Assembly: GCA_004431415.1 (NCBI GenBank) | Contig: QPMI01000395.1 | Coordinates: 62,001 to 126,000, forward strand | Source of the DNA: Cyanophora paradoxa CCMP329 | Lineage: Eukaryota; Plantae; Glaucophyta | Reading direction: 5' to 3' | DNA: 64,000 nucleotides | Shown here: positions 37,564-51,060 of the stretch, piece by piece | How the letters are laid out: every line of letters starts with the position of its first letter | Position numbering within the stretch: position 1 is the stretch's first letter | Position numbers and translations under genes: made by a program | The notes under the pieces: generated by a model | Database searches by the model: none | What the model was told of the DNA's origin: nothing | Seen by the model: only the letters and a program-made list of their open reading frames with translations

Positions 37564-40500
37564 TCAAATGTATGCATGACCGCCTCGAATTTGAACTGAG
37601 TCGTTGCATCATGGCATGTGTATACTATATATGATCATGAGCATCATGAGCGGAGCTTGTACAACAATGTGGAGATCTACGTACTTAGACGAAGGGTATG
37701 CCGGCGGCTCCAGGCCTTTCTATTCTCACGTGGCAAGCTTCAAACTGCGACGCATGTATATGGGGCACTAGAGGCCGCAGGTCGCGCGTCGAATCGATCG
37801 CATCGTCTACGTGCATATGTAATTGTCAGATTGCGGTGGGTTCCAAGCTAGCGCTTGTATTCGTCCAAACATATATTTACCAGTCTTCAATGGCAAGCAT
37901 CGGTGGATATAATCGGAGGCACGATCGCCTCGTCGGAAGGGGATCCCGGAAATGAAATGTATACGTAGTCATCGAGTTTCCTGACCAAATGTGTTAATGG
38001 TTGTGGTGCGGTGAAGGCAGCGTCACGGCGTGATTAGAACAGGCTTAAGCAAAGTTCCGCACTATAATTCATGCCAGAGCTGCTGAGCGGATGCACATGC
38101 CGACGTCGACGCGGAGCAATCGTGCGAAGGGTCTTTAATTAATTTTAATTTGGAGCCGTCGAGGGCTCATGATCAACGACGGCTGATCATGAGTCCTGGA
38201 CCGACGTAGCTGTCACAGCCTGGCAGCTTAATGTGTGACACTGATTGCCCCGTATCCGGGTCTCGTGGTCACACAGGACGTTCTTTCACCGGATTGAATC
38301 CTTGTACCAATCGAGGATATCTTCGGAACGCGGGTCGATTACAAGACGTGAACTTGTGAATTGTCTGCAAGCCTGCCGTGCAATTAATGCAAGGGACATC
38401 ACAAGACGTGCTATCAGCGTGCGCGCGTGAACAATAACATTCGAAAGTGTGTATCTCGCGATCGCGCTTCCATGCCAGTGAACGCACTTAGATCTTCGAT
38501 GAAGTCCGACGGTCCTGGAAGCCGCGAAGAGCTCGAATCCGGATTCGGAGCGCCGACTCGGCGATCGCACTGCGGCATGAACCAGCTGCAGTGTAATGTC
38601 GAGCTCGAGCACGATCGCGAGCTGCCCCGGCGAGGCTAAGGCCTTCGAATTCAGTGTAAGCTGCTTCTCGCAGGCGCGTTTCCGCGGTTCGTCGGAAAGT
38701 CAGGGTCTAGATCTAGATCTCCGGATCCTTCGTCGTCCGATTCCCGATCGGGACTCGCAAATCCGCATGCGCAAGCCGAGAGGCAGCTGCAGACTGGGAG
38801 GTGAGGGGCTGCAGCTCGTTCCCGATCCGGATCCGTCGGAGGCAAGACGGCAGTCGAGGCCGAGGAATTGGAGACACGGTCTGAAAGGGCAGCCATGAGC
38901 CCGTACCGTAAGCCCGTGCCGAAGGGGACCCAGCTAGCGCCGCGTAGGCTGGCGCCGGTGCTGAAATCGAGGCGCGTACCGGCAGCGCCGCTGTGAGGCT
39001 CGCGACCGGTGTCAGTGGCCTGCAGCTGGGGCGGCGCGAGAGCGGCTGAGGACGCGACGGCTTCCTGCAGCTGCTGCTGAAGGAATGCGGCAGTTCCGCG
39101 GTCCTGTGCCGACGTTGTCATCGAGACCAGAGTCGTGGTCGCGATCGGCGTCGGAGCTGTAACGAGCTCAAGGGGCCGGCCTCGCCGTCGCCGTCGCGGC
39201 ACAGTTTTGACGATTTCAGATACATTCAGGAATCGAAGCCGCTGCATGCGCAGCGGACTTCAGCTGCTAGTAGCCTGCTACTGCAGCAGCACCCATGGCC
39301 CAGGGCTCCAGAGTCTCAAAGAGTCTTAAGCTTCATGCTAACGTTGATTACTGTAGGATTGCTTATTTAGCCGTGGTTTTAAATAGCCGTAAATCGCCGA
39401 GAGGCCGAATTCGGCAATTTAGACACACGGCAATTGTAAGGGGTAGGGCTAAACGGCCGCTTTGTATGGCACAATTGCAATAGAAGAAATCCAGCGTTTC
39501 GGCAATTTATCGTCACCGCAATTCCGATTTTGGGCGAATTCGGCAATTAAACAAAGCGGCAATTTAAGCAATCGCGATCGATGACACTGTGACAAGCCCT
39601 ATCGTAGTATATAATCGTACTAGTAGTACATGTTACTACATGACAAGTACATGACACTAGTCACACTACATGTACACCGACTCACTACTGAGTCAACGTC
39701 CGACGGTCGCCGGCGGCCGGACTCCCGAGTCCGAGCTGAGAGCCTGAGGCTCGCCCCCGAGCCGGCGCCGGGCGCCCGCCGCGCCGGCGGCCGACCACCG
39801 GCGATCGCGAATCATCGATTCGCGATCGCGACCATCTATGGTCCCATTGGTCCGGCATCCGTCAAATCGGCGGCGACCGCGGCAGATGTCGAATCATTGT
39901 CGAGTCGTCCACCCATGGCAGGCTTATGCACGTGCACGTGCACTTTTCGAATTCAATTGAAAAAACAAGTTTCCGACTCTTTTTGTTGAACTTCCGAGCT
40001 ACTTAGTGCTACTACTTTTGTTGAACTTCCGAGCTACAGTCAGAGTTACTCTGTGACGATTCGAGTCTCAGAGTCTCTGAGACTCTGAGTCTCTGACTGG
40101 GTTAACCCCAACAGGGCCCTACCGGTTCTTAACCGTTGCCAAAGTTGAACTGACCGTCGGACGATTCGCAATCGATCGCGAGTGCGATTCGGTCCCGACT
40201 CCTGACCGCGGTATGCGCATATGCACATACCAGGGTATGCATGCCGCAGAGTCGGCGCAGACCGTCGGACTGGCCCGGCGCCAGGCCTAGGCCCGCAGAC
40301 TAGGGCCGCAGGCCCGCAGTACGGTAGTAACGGTACATGACATGTACACTGTACAGTTCACTGAGTCAGGCTCGTTCAAGTTTCAAAATTTCAAACTTGA
40401 CAAGTTCAACGGTTTACAACTTGCCATGGCCAGGCCGTGGTCCATATGCAATGTTATGCATGGCCGGCGTTGGCCGCAGGCGACGGCGCCGACGGGGCCC

Positions 40501-42056
40501 GGGCCGCCCGGCCCGCCGCGGCGCGGCGGGGACCCATGGCCAGTAACTTTTTTACTAGATAGTAATACTAGTATTATACTACCGGCCTAGTACCGGGTAG
40601 CAGAAGGCTGATAGAAGGCTATTATATAATAAAGTTAGACGGTTGACTTAGACGGTTAGTTAGACCCCATTAATATTCAGGCCAGATTCGAAAGCTCCGA
40701 AGTATCTTAGAAGCCTGCAGGCTGCAGACTGCACTGCCGCTGCAGGCTGCAGCCCCCGGGCCCCTGCCAGCCCGGGCCCCGGCCCGTAGTGCTGCCAGTG
40801 GGTTCAGTCAGGGTCCCCCCCTGACCCAGTCGCTCAGCCCCCCTGACTGTGACTGAATCAGTCAACCCGAGGTTCAGTCAGGCTACCGTGCAAAAACTAA
40901 GGAAAATGACCCAGAAATGACCCAGATGCGATCCATCTAAGTTGCCAAGCACAGTGAGCGGGCAGTAGAGGGTAATTATGCAAACAAAGAACAATGGAGA
41001 AAGAAATTCAGCCCCCGCCAGGTGTCAGAGGCCGTTAGCCTCGCTAGCGCGGGCGGTTTCGTTCAGATTTCGTTGTTTTTCTGGAGGTAAGACGGCAGAA
41101 GATCCTTTTTAGGTCGACCCACGTCAAGCTTTAGATGGGAAAAGCCCACAGGGGGGCACGCTCCCAGCAGGGTTTTCTATGGGACTGAGAGAACCTCATG
41201 ATCAGTCGGCCAATTTGGTGACTCAGTCGGGTCAGTCAGACCCTCTGACTTTGACTGACAGTGACTGAACCCAGCCCTAGGCCCCCGGCCCCCGGGCCCC
41301 GGGCCCCGGGCCGCGGCGCGCCGCGCCGGGCGGCCTCCTGCCACTGCCTGCAGCTGCCACTGCCTGCCAGCTGCAGGACTTCCGAAGTTCGGAGCCTCGG
41401 AGCTACCAGGTAGAGGACTCCGGGAGCCTCGGACTCCCGGGAGTCAGGGTTCGTACCGGTATCATAGTATGGATGGCCACTGGGGCTAGTATAGTGGGCC
41501 GTTACCCGGCCGTACTACTAGTACTACGTAATACGTATACGGTAGTAGTGACCGCTGGGGGCCTGGGGCCAGTGGCCGGGCGCCACCGTACCAGAGTCCG
41601 GCGACTCGGCGGCGCCGGCGAGTCGTTAGTGACTCGTTAGTAGAGTCGTTACCAGACTCTCAGTAATATAACCTTACTAGGCTTAGTTACCCGGGAACTT
41701 ACCCGACTAGGGCTGTCGTCAGTCAGCCCCCCGGCTGGACCCCCGCGCGCGGCGCTAGCTATTTAGCACATCGCACTGCAGCTGCACCCTGCAGCCAACT
41801 GTAAACATAGTCTTGCATGCGCAGCTACGAATCGATCTTCTTTAGCGCAACCGTTGAACAACAAGTTTCGAGGCGACCTCGACGTCGGCAGGCTAGCGCT
41901 CGAGTCACCGTCGCACTGCGAAAGCATACGTATACGGCGACCGTTCGCGTATACACGTACGCGTACGTATACGCACATTTATAGCACGTTGTATAATCAA
42001 CGTTGGCCTGCAGCTTAAGACTCTGGGCGGCCCTGCACCTGGGTGCTCTAGATTTG

Positions 42057-43820
42057 ATGAAAGTCAACACATGTACAGGCGCACGCAACATGCATACGTT
42101 TCCAGCCAGCACATGTACAGCGCCGGTCGACAGCACCATAGCGCCGAAAGTCGGCCGCAGCATTTCAAGGCAGAATTCCCGCCCCCGGATCATCTCTGCA
42201 AATCCATCGGAGTCATCCCGTACGCATGCCAGAGCGTGCGGGGCCGCGTCGGCGCAAAAGTCGTCCAAGGATAGCGTTTCACAGCCTGCGTCAGCGAAGG
42301 GAAATGCGCTGGCGCTGCAGCCGCCTCGGTGTGCCTGTCCAGCCACGTACAATGAGGAGAGGAATAACGACCGGCTGGATAATATTAATCTGCTTATGCG
42401 CGTTTCGCAGTCTGGCATAATCGACCAGGTTCGGGCATCTTTCCCTTTCGAATTCGCGCCTCTCAATAAAATCCGGTGTCGAATTCAATGACGTTGACGC
42501 CGCCGAAATTGACCATCGGACGTCAGTTGTGGGAGCCGTGGTCGCCGTGGACGCAGTGGTTGGAGTGGAAGCTGTACACGCCATCGATATCTCTAGATCT
42601 GCCCCGCGATCTCTGTCGCAGCCGTCCCGGCCCGCCGTGGAAATACCTGCTGCCGAAGGCGCCTCGCGATCGAGCTCGAGCCCATCGATATCGCGATCCT
42701 CCGTCTCGTTCCCGGCGTACGAGGCCTTCCACTTGGTTCGCGCTCTCGCTTTTAGCATAAGATTGCATGCGCGCGAGTTCTTCATGATCAATGACCCGAA
42801 ACTTCACCAGGCCCTGCACCGCGCGATTTCGTCGCCAAAAGTGCCATGGGACCTCGCCGACGGCAAGCAACTCGCACAGGTGCGAGTTTCTGAGCCCGTT
42901 CCTCTGAGCGATAAAAGTCTCGATCTCGATTAGTACCAAATGAGATGCGAAGCTGACTTGCACACGTGCGCGCGCGCAGGCAAACTGGGCCGTCGACACA
43001 GACGCGTGTGGGGGCACGCAAATGTCGCGGGAAGTTTTCGACAGGCGGTGATCAGCGTGTCTAAGTTCTGGGCCGCGAAGCTCGAGAGCAGCGGATTCTT
43101 TACCGGCATACGCCTCCTGGCGCTGGACGCCGGCCTGGAAGGCGATGTCGACCTAGATCACCTCTTCCTCGCTTGCTTTCTCGTGGTGCGAAATCATCGC
43201 CTCTTGCTCCTGCGCATGCGCATGCATCCTGAATATCGCATGTTCCGGAGCCGTTAAAAAAAACGTTAACCCTGAATACGCAGGCTGTGACGAAGCCTGT
43301 TTCTCCGATTGCGATATCGATGGCGCGACGGCAAGCTTAAGTTCGAGGAACCGCTGCAACTCCGTCATTCGGTCTTGGATGGGTGCGCGACGCGTACGGC
43401 CGCTACTTGTTCGCCGAGTTGAATTCACAGTTTCCTAATACACGCGTGCGCTGATCGTGACTCACTCACGTCATGTCAGAGGTGGAGCTTGGCGTTTGCC
43501 ATCCGAAAGGAGTCATGTCCGCGCTCCAGAAGCTGGTCGAGGCGTCGACCCGCCGCGCCCGCTGCTACAGCTCCGCGGCCGTGGACGGCGACGCCGTTGT
43601 CGATTTCTCTAGATCTGCTCTTCCGCCTCCCGTTGCGGCTGTCGAGACGCGCCCGGCGACGCCGGAACCGTGCCTGGAACGCGACCGGCCTGCGTCCGCC
43701 CCGGGGGCCACGTCGGCCGGCTCCCGTTTGCCCCCCGAGGGGCTCCTTCGCTTTGCGCTGCACAACCGCATGGAGAAGCTACTCGCACAGCGCTGTAGAG
43801 CTCGACTTCGATCTTCGTAG
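42057..43820 (+). CDS. Hypothetical gene X, copy 3
   Basis: Near-identical to 19229-20989. Confidence 0.6.
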
Positions 43821-44127
43821 CTGCGGCTGCAGTGCAAACGTTTCCAGTACAGCTACAGATCTCGAGCTTGAGGTAGCTATATAGGCGCGGCCCCAGTCTG
43901 TAGCTGCCAAACCATTTTCATATTACCGCGGCCGAGGTTTACGTAACAAATACTGATATACTTAGTGGCAATACCTTCGCATGCAGAGAATTCGAAGCTT
44001 TATGTATATTTTACCCTTCGGAGAGACAAGACCCAATTGCAAATGCACATAGGTATACTATAGCTAGTACTGTACCTGTAGCAACTGCAGTACACAAGAT
44101 GGGAATTTCATGGTGTAGTATTAAATA

Positions 44128-45093
44128 CTAGGGCCCGGCCGCGTTTGGCGCGCCGGGGTGCAAGGGGGAATCGGGATCTAATGAAAGAGTAGTAGTGGCA
44201 CGAACATGCACGGGGCAGATGTAGATCGACCCCGGCCCAGCGCGCGCGGCAGGTTGAATTAGTAAATTAAAGATAGACACAGAGCGGCATCTGGCCCGGC
44301 AAGGCTCGGAGCGACGATAGCTACCAGAAGCTGGATCCGTAACGACCGGAAAGCGGCGTGCAGCGGCGCGTCCGGAGGCAGTGCCCAGGCCGGGTAGCAG
44401 GCGGCGGGGCGCACGCACGTGCACGCGGCCCGGCGGCGCAACACAGGGCTGCACGCGGCGTGCACGCAGGACACGAACTATAGCTAGTCTGCTGTCCGGG
44501 TGCCGATCGCAACAAGAGCGCCGAGCGCCCGGCCCGGCCGGCGTGCTCGGCCGGCACACGCGGTTCTGCAATATAAGCTCGATATAAGCTCGATATAAGC
44601 GCAGCAAGAGAGTACGGTCTAGATCTGGCCGGCCGGGCGTGCTCGGCTGCGATCAGCTGCAGCGGCGCAGGCAGCAACGCAAGCAGTTTCTAGGCGGAAA
44701 TCTAGAGGAGACGTTGACAGGTAGAGAGAAGTGGTTCCATGCAGAATTGCGCAACGAAGAGCAAGGCGTACGCGACGCACTGCGAGGAAGCCGAAATCTA
44801 GAGGAGACAGCTAGGGAGAACTGGTTCCATGCAGAACCGCGCAAGGAATTCGAAGACCGGAGTTAGAGAGAAGTTAGTTTTCCCCTCGAAAACCACTTTT
44901 CCCCCTCTAATTCGACGCTCGAAAGTCGAGAGCTGACCGGTCCACCGAGCCAATCCGAACGCGAATAACCCGTCATTTTTTTCCGGTGTTGCAAACTGGA
45001 CCTCGAAAACGGCCTCATAGAAAAGTTTTGGCTGAAGCGAGGGAACGGGAAGCAAGGGGGGGAAGACCTTCGGTCTTCTTTTCCCCCCTTGCA
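44128..45093 (-). mobile_element. Helitron2-like element, copy 3
   Basis: Same sequence and flanks as 21297-22263. Confidence 0.75.
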
Positions 45094-45315
45094 ATAAATG
45101 CAATGTTTCGCAGACTGTAATATGCAATAGCAAGTTGATGAAAATTCGTGTAATTAGAGGTAGCTATATATATATATTGCGTTCAGGACGCACGAAGTTG
45201 GCATGGGCTTTGGGACGATATCGATATTGACGAAGCGGGCGTGGAGACGGGTGCGCACGGGGCCCAAAGGCATGCGCATCACTAGAAGATTTGGTGACCT
45301 GCGAGAGCGGAGTAC

Positions 45316-46486
45316 CTCCCTCCCGCGCGCGCCTCATCACCGATCGCGACAGCGTCCTTTGCGCCGGCTCTCGTTCCGTTGAGTCCAGCTTCGCATGCGG
45401 CACCGAGCGGAGCCGTCCGGCTGCAGCGGAAGCGATCGGCGGGAGCTTTTTCGCGGGCTCGAGAGCCCCCGCACGCCTCCTGAGCCGCGGCCGGCCGGCA
45501 GCGGCAGGGCAAGGTGCGCTGGGGAGACTGCGCGAAAACACGCCGGTTCGAAATTCAGCTCAAATAAGCATATATACTTGCATGCGAAATCACTGTTACT
45601 TGGGTTGCTTACGCCGTACGCGCACGCATGCGCATGCGCGGGAGCCCGCTTTGAATTTGCGGTCCGGGCGGAGCTCGGCGGCCCCGACGTCGGCAGCCCC
45701 CTCCCGCCGGCGGCCGCCGGCTCCGACGCGCCCGTCAGCAGCGGCAGCAACGGCGCGCGCGGGCGCGGATTCGCCGGCTCGCAAGCCAGACGCGCCGGGC
45801 GGCCAAGCTGCTGGCCTCGCGTGCCCGCTCCCTTCGAATTCGCCGTCGGCCAAGGCCGGCGCGGCAAATCAGGCGGAGCCGGCGGCCGATCGCGAACAGC
45901 AGCCCTTCGAGTGGCGCAAGAACTGGTGCCGCGAAGTCGAAGTCGAAGCCCCGGCCGTTCGCACAATTGCAATTGAGTTTCGGGTGCGCATACTTAGACG
46001 CCTCTACGATTCGCCTTGGTCTTGAATTTGTCGCTGCAGCTATGCCAATCTCGAGCTCTTCAATTTGACCCCCGATTAATTGTTTCGCGATCTTTCGCTG
46101 CGGCGGTGCCCGGAGCCGCGCCTTAGCAGCCGCGGTGGCTGCGGTTCTTTTGATGAAGTCCGCCTCCGCCTTAGGGCACATGCAATTCTACTCGTTCGCC
46201 CAGGGGTGCCTGTACGGATCGTCCATGATGCAGCACGCCTGCCGAGCTTGCAGTGAGTGCGCGCTTGGTGGGGTGAGCGCGGCGCCGGCGCCGCGGCGCA
46301 CGCACCGCGAAAGAGACATTGCCGAGCGGTTTGCCGGCTGGCGCCGGGATGAGGCAGGAGCGCAGGTAGTCCGCTCTCGCAAATTCGCTCCGGTCCGCGT
46401 TGCTTTTTGGGCCCCGCGGCCGCGCGCGCGCGCGCCCGCCTGCACGCCCGCTTCGTCAACATCGATATCGTCCCAAAGCCCATGCC
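45316..46486 (+). pseudogene. Internally deleted Rieske oxygenase pseudogene (gene A-like)
   Basis: Homologous to gene A exon 1 (no ATG), intron 1 and exon 2 up to FEWRKNW. It then jumps to sequence like 13350-13450 and 13695-13755. Rieske and Fe-binding exons are absent. Confidence 0.8.
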
Positions 46487-46945
46487 ACCCTCGTCACGGC
46501 GTACGTCCCGAACGCACTAATTCTCATAATTTTATAATCATTACACGAATTTGCATCAATTTGCAATTGCTTTAAACAGTCTGCGAAACATTGTATTTGC
46601 ATTGATCATAATATTCAATACTGTAGCATGAAGTAGCTATCTACTGTACATGTACTGCGGTAGCTACAATATTAATACTTAGCTAGGATTTGCATTTACG
46701 ACTTGCCTCTCCGAAGGGTAAAATATACATAAAGCTTCTTTGCATGCGAACTTAATTTTATATTAAATATATCAGTATTTGCAACGTAAACCTCGGTAAT
46801 ATGAAAATGGTTTGGCAGCTACTAGGCTACGCAGTGACAGACTGGGTCACTGGGGCCGCGCCTATATATAGCTACGTATACCTCGAGAACGAGATCTGCA
46901 GTTGTACTGCAGCTGGAAACGTTTGCACTGCATGCGCAGCCGTAG

Positions 46946-48877
46946 CTACGAAGATCGAAGTCGGGCTCTACAGCGCTGCGCGAGCAGCTTCTCCATGCGG
47001 TTGTGCAGCGCAAAGCGAAGGAGCCCCTCGGGGGGCAAACGGGAGCCGGCCGACGTGGCCCCCGGGGCGGACGCAGGCCGGTCGCGTTCCAGGCACGGTT
47101 CCGGCGTCGCCGGGCGCGTCTCGACAGCCGCAACGGGAGGCGGAAGAGCAGATCTAGAGAAATCGACAACGGCGTCGCCGTCCACGGCCGCGGAGCTGTA
47201 GCAGCGGGCGCGGCGGGTCGACGCCTCGACCAGCTTCTGGAGCGCGGACATGACTCCTTTCGGATGGCAAACGCCAAGCTCCACCTCTGACATGACGTGA
47301 GTGAGTCACGATCAGCGCACGCGTGTATTAGGAAACTGTGAATTCAACTCGGCGAACAAGTAGCGGCCGCACGCGTCGCGCACCCATCCAAGACCGAATG
47401 ACGGAGTTGCAGCGGTTCCTCGAACTTGCCGTCGCGCTATCGCGATCGCAATCGGGAGAAACAGGCTTCGTCACAGCCTGCGTATTCAGGGTTGACGTTT
47501 GTTTTTACGGCTCCGGAACATGCGATATTCAGGATGCATGCGCATGCGCAGGAGTAAGAGGCGATGATTTCGCACCACGAGAAAGCAAGCGAGGAAGAGG
47601 TGATCTAGGTCGACATCGCCTTCCAGGCCGGCGTCCAGCGCCAGGAGGCGTATGCCGGTAAAGAACCCGCTGCTCTCGAGCTTCGCGGCCCAGAACTTGG
47701 ACACGCTGATCACCGCCCTGTCGAAGGCTTCCCGCGACATTTGCGTGCCCCCACACGCGTCTGTGTCGACGGCCCAGTTTGCCTGCGCGCGCGCACGTGT
47801 GCAAGTCGGCTTCGCATCTCATTTGGTACTAATCGAGATCGAGACTTTTATCGCTCAAAGGAACATGTACAGGCTCAAAAACTCGCACCTGCGCGAGTTG
47901 CTTGCCGTCGGCGAGGTCCCATGGCACTTTCGGCGACGAAATAGCGCGGTGCAGGGCCTGGTGAAGTTTCGGGTCATTGGTCATGAAGAACTCGCGCGCA
48001 TGCAATCTTATGCTAAAAGCGAGAGCGCGAACCAAGTGGAAGGCCTCGTACGCCGGGAACGAGACGGAGAATCGCGATATCGATGGGCTCGAGCTCGATC
48101 GCGAGGCGCCTTCGGCAGCAGGTATTTCCACGGCGGGCCGGGACGGCTGCGACAGAGATCGCGGGGCAGAGATGGCGTGTACAGCTTCCACTCCAACCAC
48201 TGCGTCCACGGCGACCACGGCTCCCCACAACTGACGTCCGATGGTCAATTTCGGCGGCGTCAACGTCATTGAATTCGACACCGGATTTTATTGAGAGGCG
48301 CGAATTCGAAAGGGAAAGATGCCCGAACCTGATCGATTATGCCAGACTGCGAAACACGCAAAAGCAGATATTCCAGCCGGTCGTTATTCCTCTCCTCATT
48401 GTACGTGGCTGGACAGGCACACGGAGGCGGCTGCTGCGTCAGCGCATTTCCCTTCGCTGACGCAGGCTGCGAAACGCTAGCGCTATCCTTGGACGACTTT
48501 TGCGGCGACGCGGCCCCGCTTGCGCTGGATATCGATCTAGATCTGGGCGACTTCGAGGGATTCGCGGCCGCAGAGGAGATCTGGGGTCGCGAATTCGGCC
48601 CTGAGATGCCGCGGCCTGAAATGTGCATGTCGACGGGCGCTGTATTAGCTGCAAACGTTTGCATGTTCCGCGTGCCTGTGTAGCTATAGATTTGCCTGAG
48701 CGTCCGCTTCTTGTTAACGTCGCTGCCAGCTTCGATGCAAGATTTGCGCGTACGGGGAGAGCTGATGCTATGGCCCGCAGCCGGCATATGCGCATGCACG
48801 GGACCCCCTATCGTCAACGTCCGCGCGAGCTCGCGGGTCGCTTCTCCACGCTGCTGCTGACGCATACGAATGCTCAT
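46946..48877 (-). CDS. Diverged inverted paralog of gene X
   Basis: Same exons with substitutions (MSREAFDRAVISV, FFMTNDPK); identical last-exon peptide; different 5' end. Confidence 0.6.
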
Positions 48878-49099
48878 AAGCCACTCAGTGAATGATCATG
48901 AACGCGTGGTTGCTGTTCCTCATGATCAGCGCTGTATACGTAAATGTTCGAGAGGTGCTGCTTTTAATCACGTTGCGGCGCGGCGGCTCAGCTGCCGCAG
49001 TGCTGCTGCAGCAGGTGCTGCAGCTGAACTTCACGCCGCAGTTCAGTGCGACGGTACCGGTGCTGGGCCACTGCTGTCCGTTCGAGGCGTTGCTGCCGG

Positions 49100-50640
49100 A
49101 GTCTGACACGCTGCTGCCAGTGGTGCTGCTGCTGTAGCAGCTGGTAGCAGCTGATCTAGCGCTGGTGTTGTTGTTGTCGTCGTTTCACGTTGCTGTTGCA
49201 ATTGGCAACCTAGGCCTGCTGCTGTTGCTGCTGCTCAGCGGCTAGCCTAGTAGTAGTAGCGCTGCTGCTGCCTGCCGCAGTGCCGCCGCCGCCGCTAGCG
49301 GGCCCAGTAACGGCTAGCGCTGCTGCTGCTGACACGTACTACGTAACCGCAAGTTGAAGCGCTCGCGTAATGAAAAGTAATACGTACTAGTATACGGTCA
49401 CACCGGGTATAAGCGTCAGCTGCGTAACGCGTACTAGTATAACAGTTTCCAAGTTTGAACGCGCACGTGCACGTGCACGCGGTAGCCTACCGCCGTACTG
49501 TAGACTGTAGTACGCCGGCGCCTCCGATCGGAATCGCGCGCGCCGCGAGTCCCGCGACTCGGCGTCCCGGCGGTCCCGCGCCGCGGGCCGCGCGGGGCCG
49601 CGCGCGGGCGCCGCCGCGCCGGCCGCCGCCGGGCCGCGCCGCGGGCCCGCGGCCGGCCGCCGCGGCCCGGCGGCCGGCGCCTGCAGCCTGCACTGCGGCC
49701 CGGCGGCAGACTGCCGCAGGCGGGTCACGTCACTCAGGGTCACTGGCACAGTGGCACTCACTGCCGACGAGAGTCACCGTGCACGTGCAAAGTCGTGCAT
49801 TACGGACGATTCACGGTGCATGGCCCTTGGGCCGTGGGCCGTGGCCCGTGCCACGGTGGGCGACGGTGCGCCAAGTGATCGGACTGTGATCCGCTGAACC
49901 GCGCACCAACCAGTGCCGTGCCGCGGTGACTGCCAATGGCCTTCCATCGCGGCCCGCGGCCGTCCAGTCCGCTCATCATGGCATGAATCATGATCATGCC
50001 GCAGGCTCCGCATGCGCAGCTGCAGACTCGAGAGTCGAGACTCGAGAGTCGAGACTGCAGTGCATCATGGCAATGATGGCAATGATGGCATGCGCATCAT
50101 GGCAGCGCATGTGGACTCACTTGAGTCATTGTGGACTCAATGTGGAGTGACTGCCGCTGCTGCAGTGCCGCAGTGCCAGTGTGCCACTGACTGCCAGCCA
50201 GTGCCAGGCTGGAGACTGGACTCCACGTCACTGGAGTCATTGTGGAGTCAATTTGGAGTCATTGTGGACTCAATGTGGAGTAATTGACTCATTGCCTGCC
50301 ACTGCCTGGTACTAATTATAAGGCTCGTACGGAACGGTACAAAAAGTGGTACGAAGCGGTCAAAGGTACCACGTACCGGAATATTAATTCGCACTGATTT
50401 CGCAGGAATTCGCAGGAATCGCGGGATTCGCGGGAATCGCGGCATGGCCAATTAATGACCATGGTCCATCACCGTCCATGGCCCATGACCCATGGCCTAC
50501 CGTAGACTCCGTAGTACCGCCGCGGGGCCCGGGCTACCGTAGTACCGGTCGGCGACTCGGCGGCGAGTCGGCGCCGACTCGGCGAGTCGGCGGTACCGTA
50601 TTACCGTAAGTACGTACGTTCACGGCGGTTATATATTCAG
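49100..50640. repeat. Low-complexity, palindrome-rich degenerate repeat region
   Basis: Successive patches dominated by CTG/CAG, GTAC/CTAG, CCGCGG/GGCC, CACGTG, CATG and GAGTC/GACTC motifs. Confidence 0.7.
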
Positions 50641-50803
50641 GCAGGCGGCAACTTCATGTTCAGGTTTTCAACAAATAAAACGGGCACCCTTTCCGAACGG
50701 CCGCGCCGGCGGCAATTTCAGATTTTCAACGAATTATCACCAAGCTGCAAGTTGCACCAACATGTACTATCATCTAGTATCATGTGCTACGGGTCCAGTC
50801 CTA

Positions 50804-51060
50804 CCGTAGACGACTTAAATACCGCGCCACATATTACCGCGTTCTAAAAGTTTTGCGCCGGTAGGCGCTTTAGCGCGGTACCGAATTAGCGCGTTTTCAT
50901 CAAATTGGGGTACGGCCCATACAAAACTGCTAGCAAATCTAAGCAAAAGACTATTACCGCGCTACCAAATTACCGCGTTATAAAACTTTTGAGCGCGGTA
51001 ATATGGTAGCGCGGTAGTTAAGTCAGCGCGGTATAGAAGTCGTCTTAGACTCGTCTACGG
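50804..51060. mobile_element. Tc1/mariner-type MITE (257 bp)
   Basis: TA|CCGTAGACGA ... TCGTCTACGG|TA, with ~55-bp imperfect TIRs and repeated TACCGCG/CGCGGTA motifs. Confidence 0.8.

Larger units (their letters stand above)
33127..45117 (+). repeat. Tandem segmental duplication, unit 3 (~11,990 bp; most complete)
   Basis: Has 147 bp (40501-40647) missing from units 1 and 2; continues into unique flank after CAGACTG at 45117. Confidence 0.95.

Noticed and set aside
10424-45117. Triplication as a pure assembly artefact
   Set aside because: Units differ by structured deletions (147 bp; 1042 bp with filler) and a SNP that sequencing error would not create, although tandemly assembled alleles are not fully excluded.
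45100-46600. CAATGTTTCGCAGACTG / CAGTCTGCGAAACATTG as transposon termini driving the triplication
   Set aside because: Inverted homology continues ~37 bp further (to 45154 and 46540), so this is internal to the inverted duplication.
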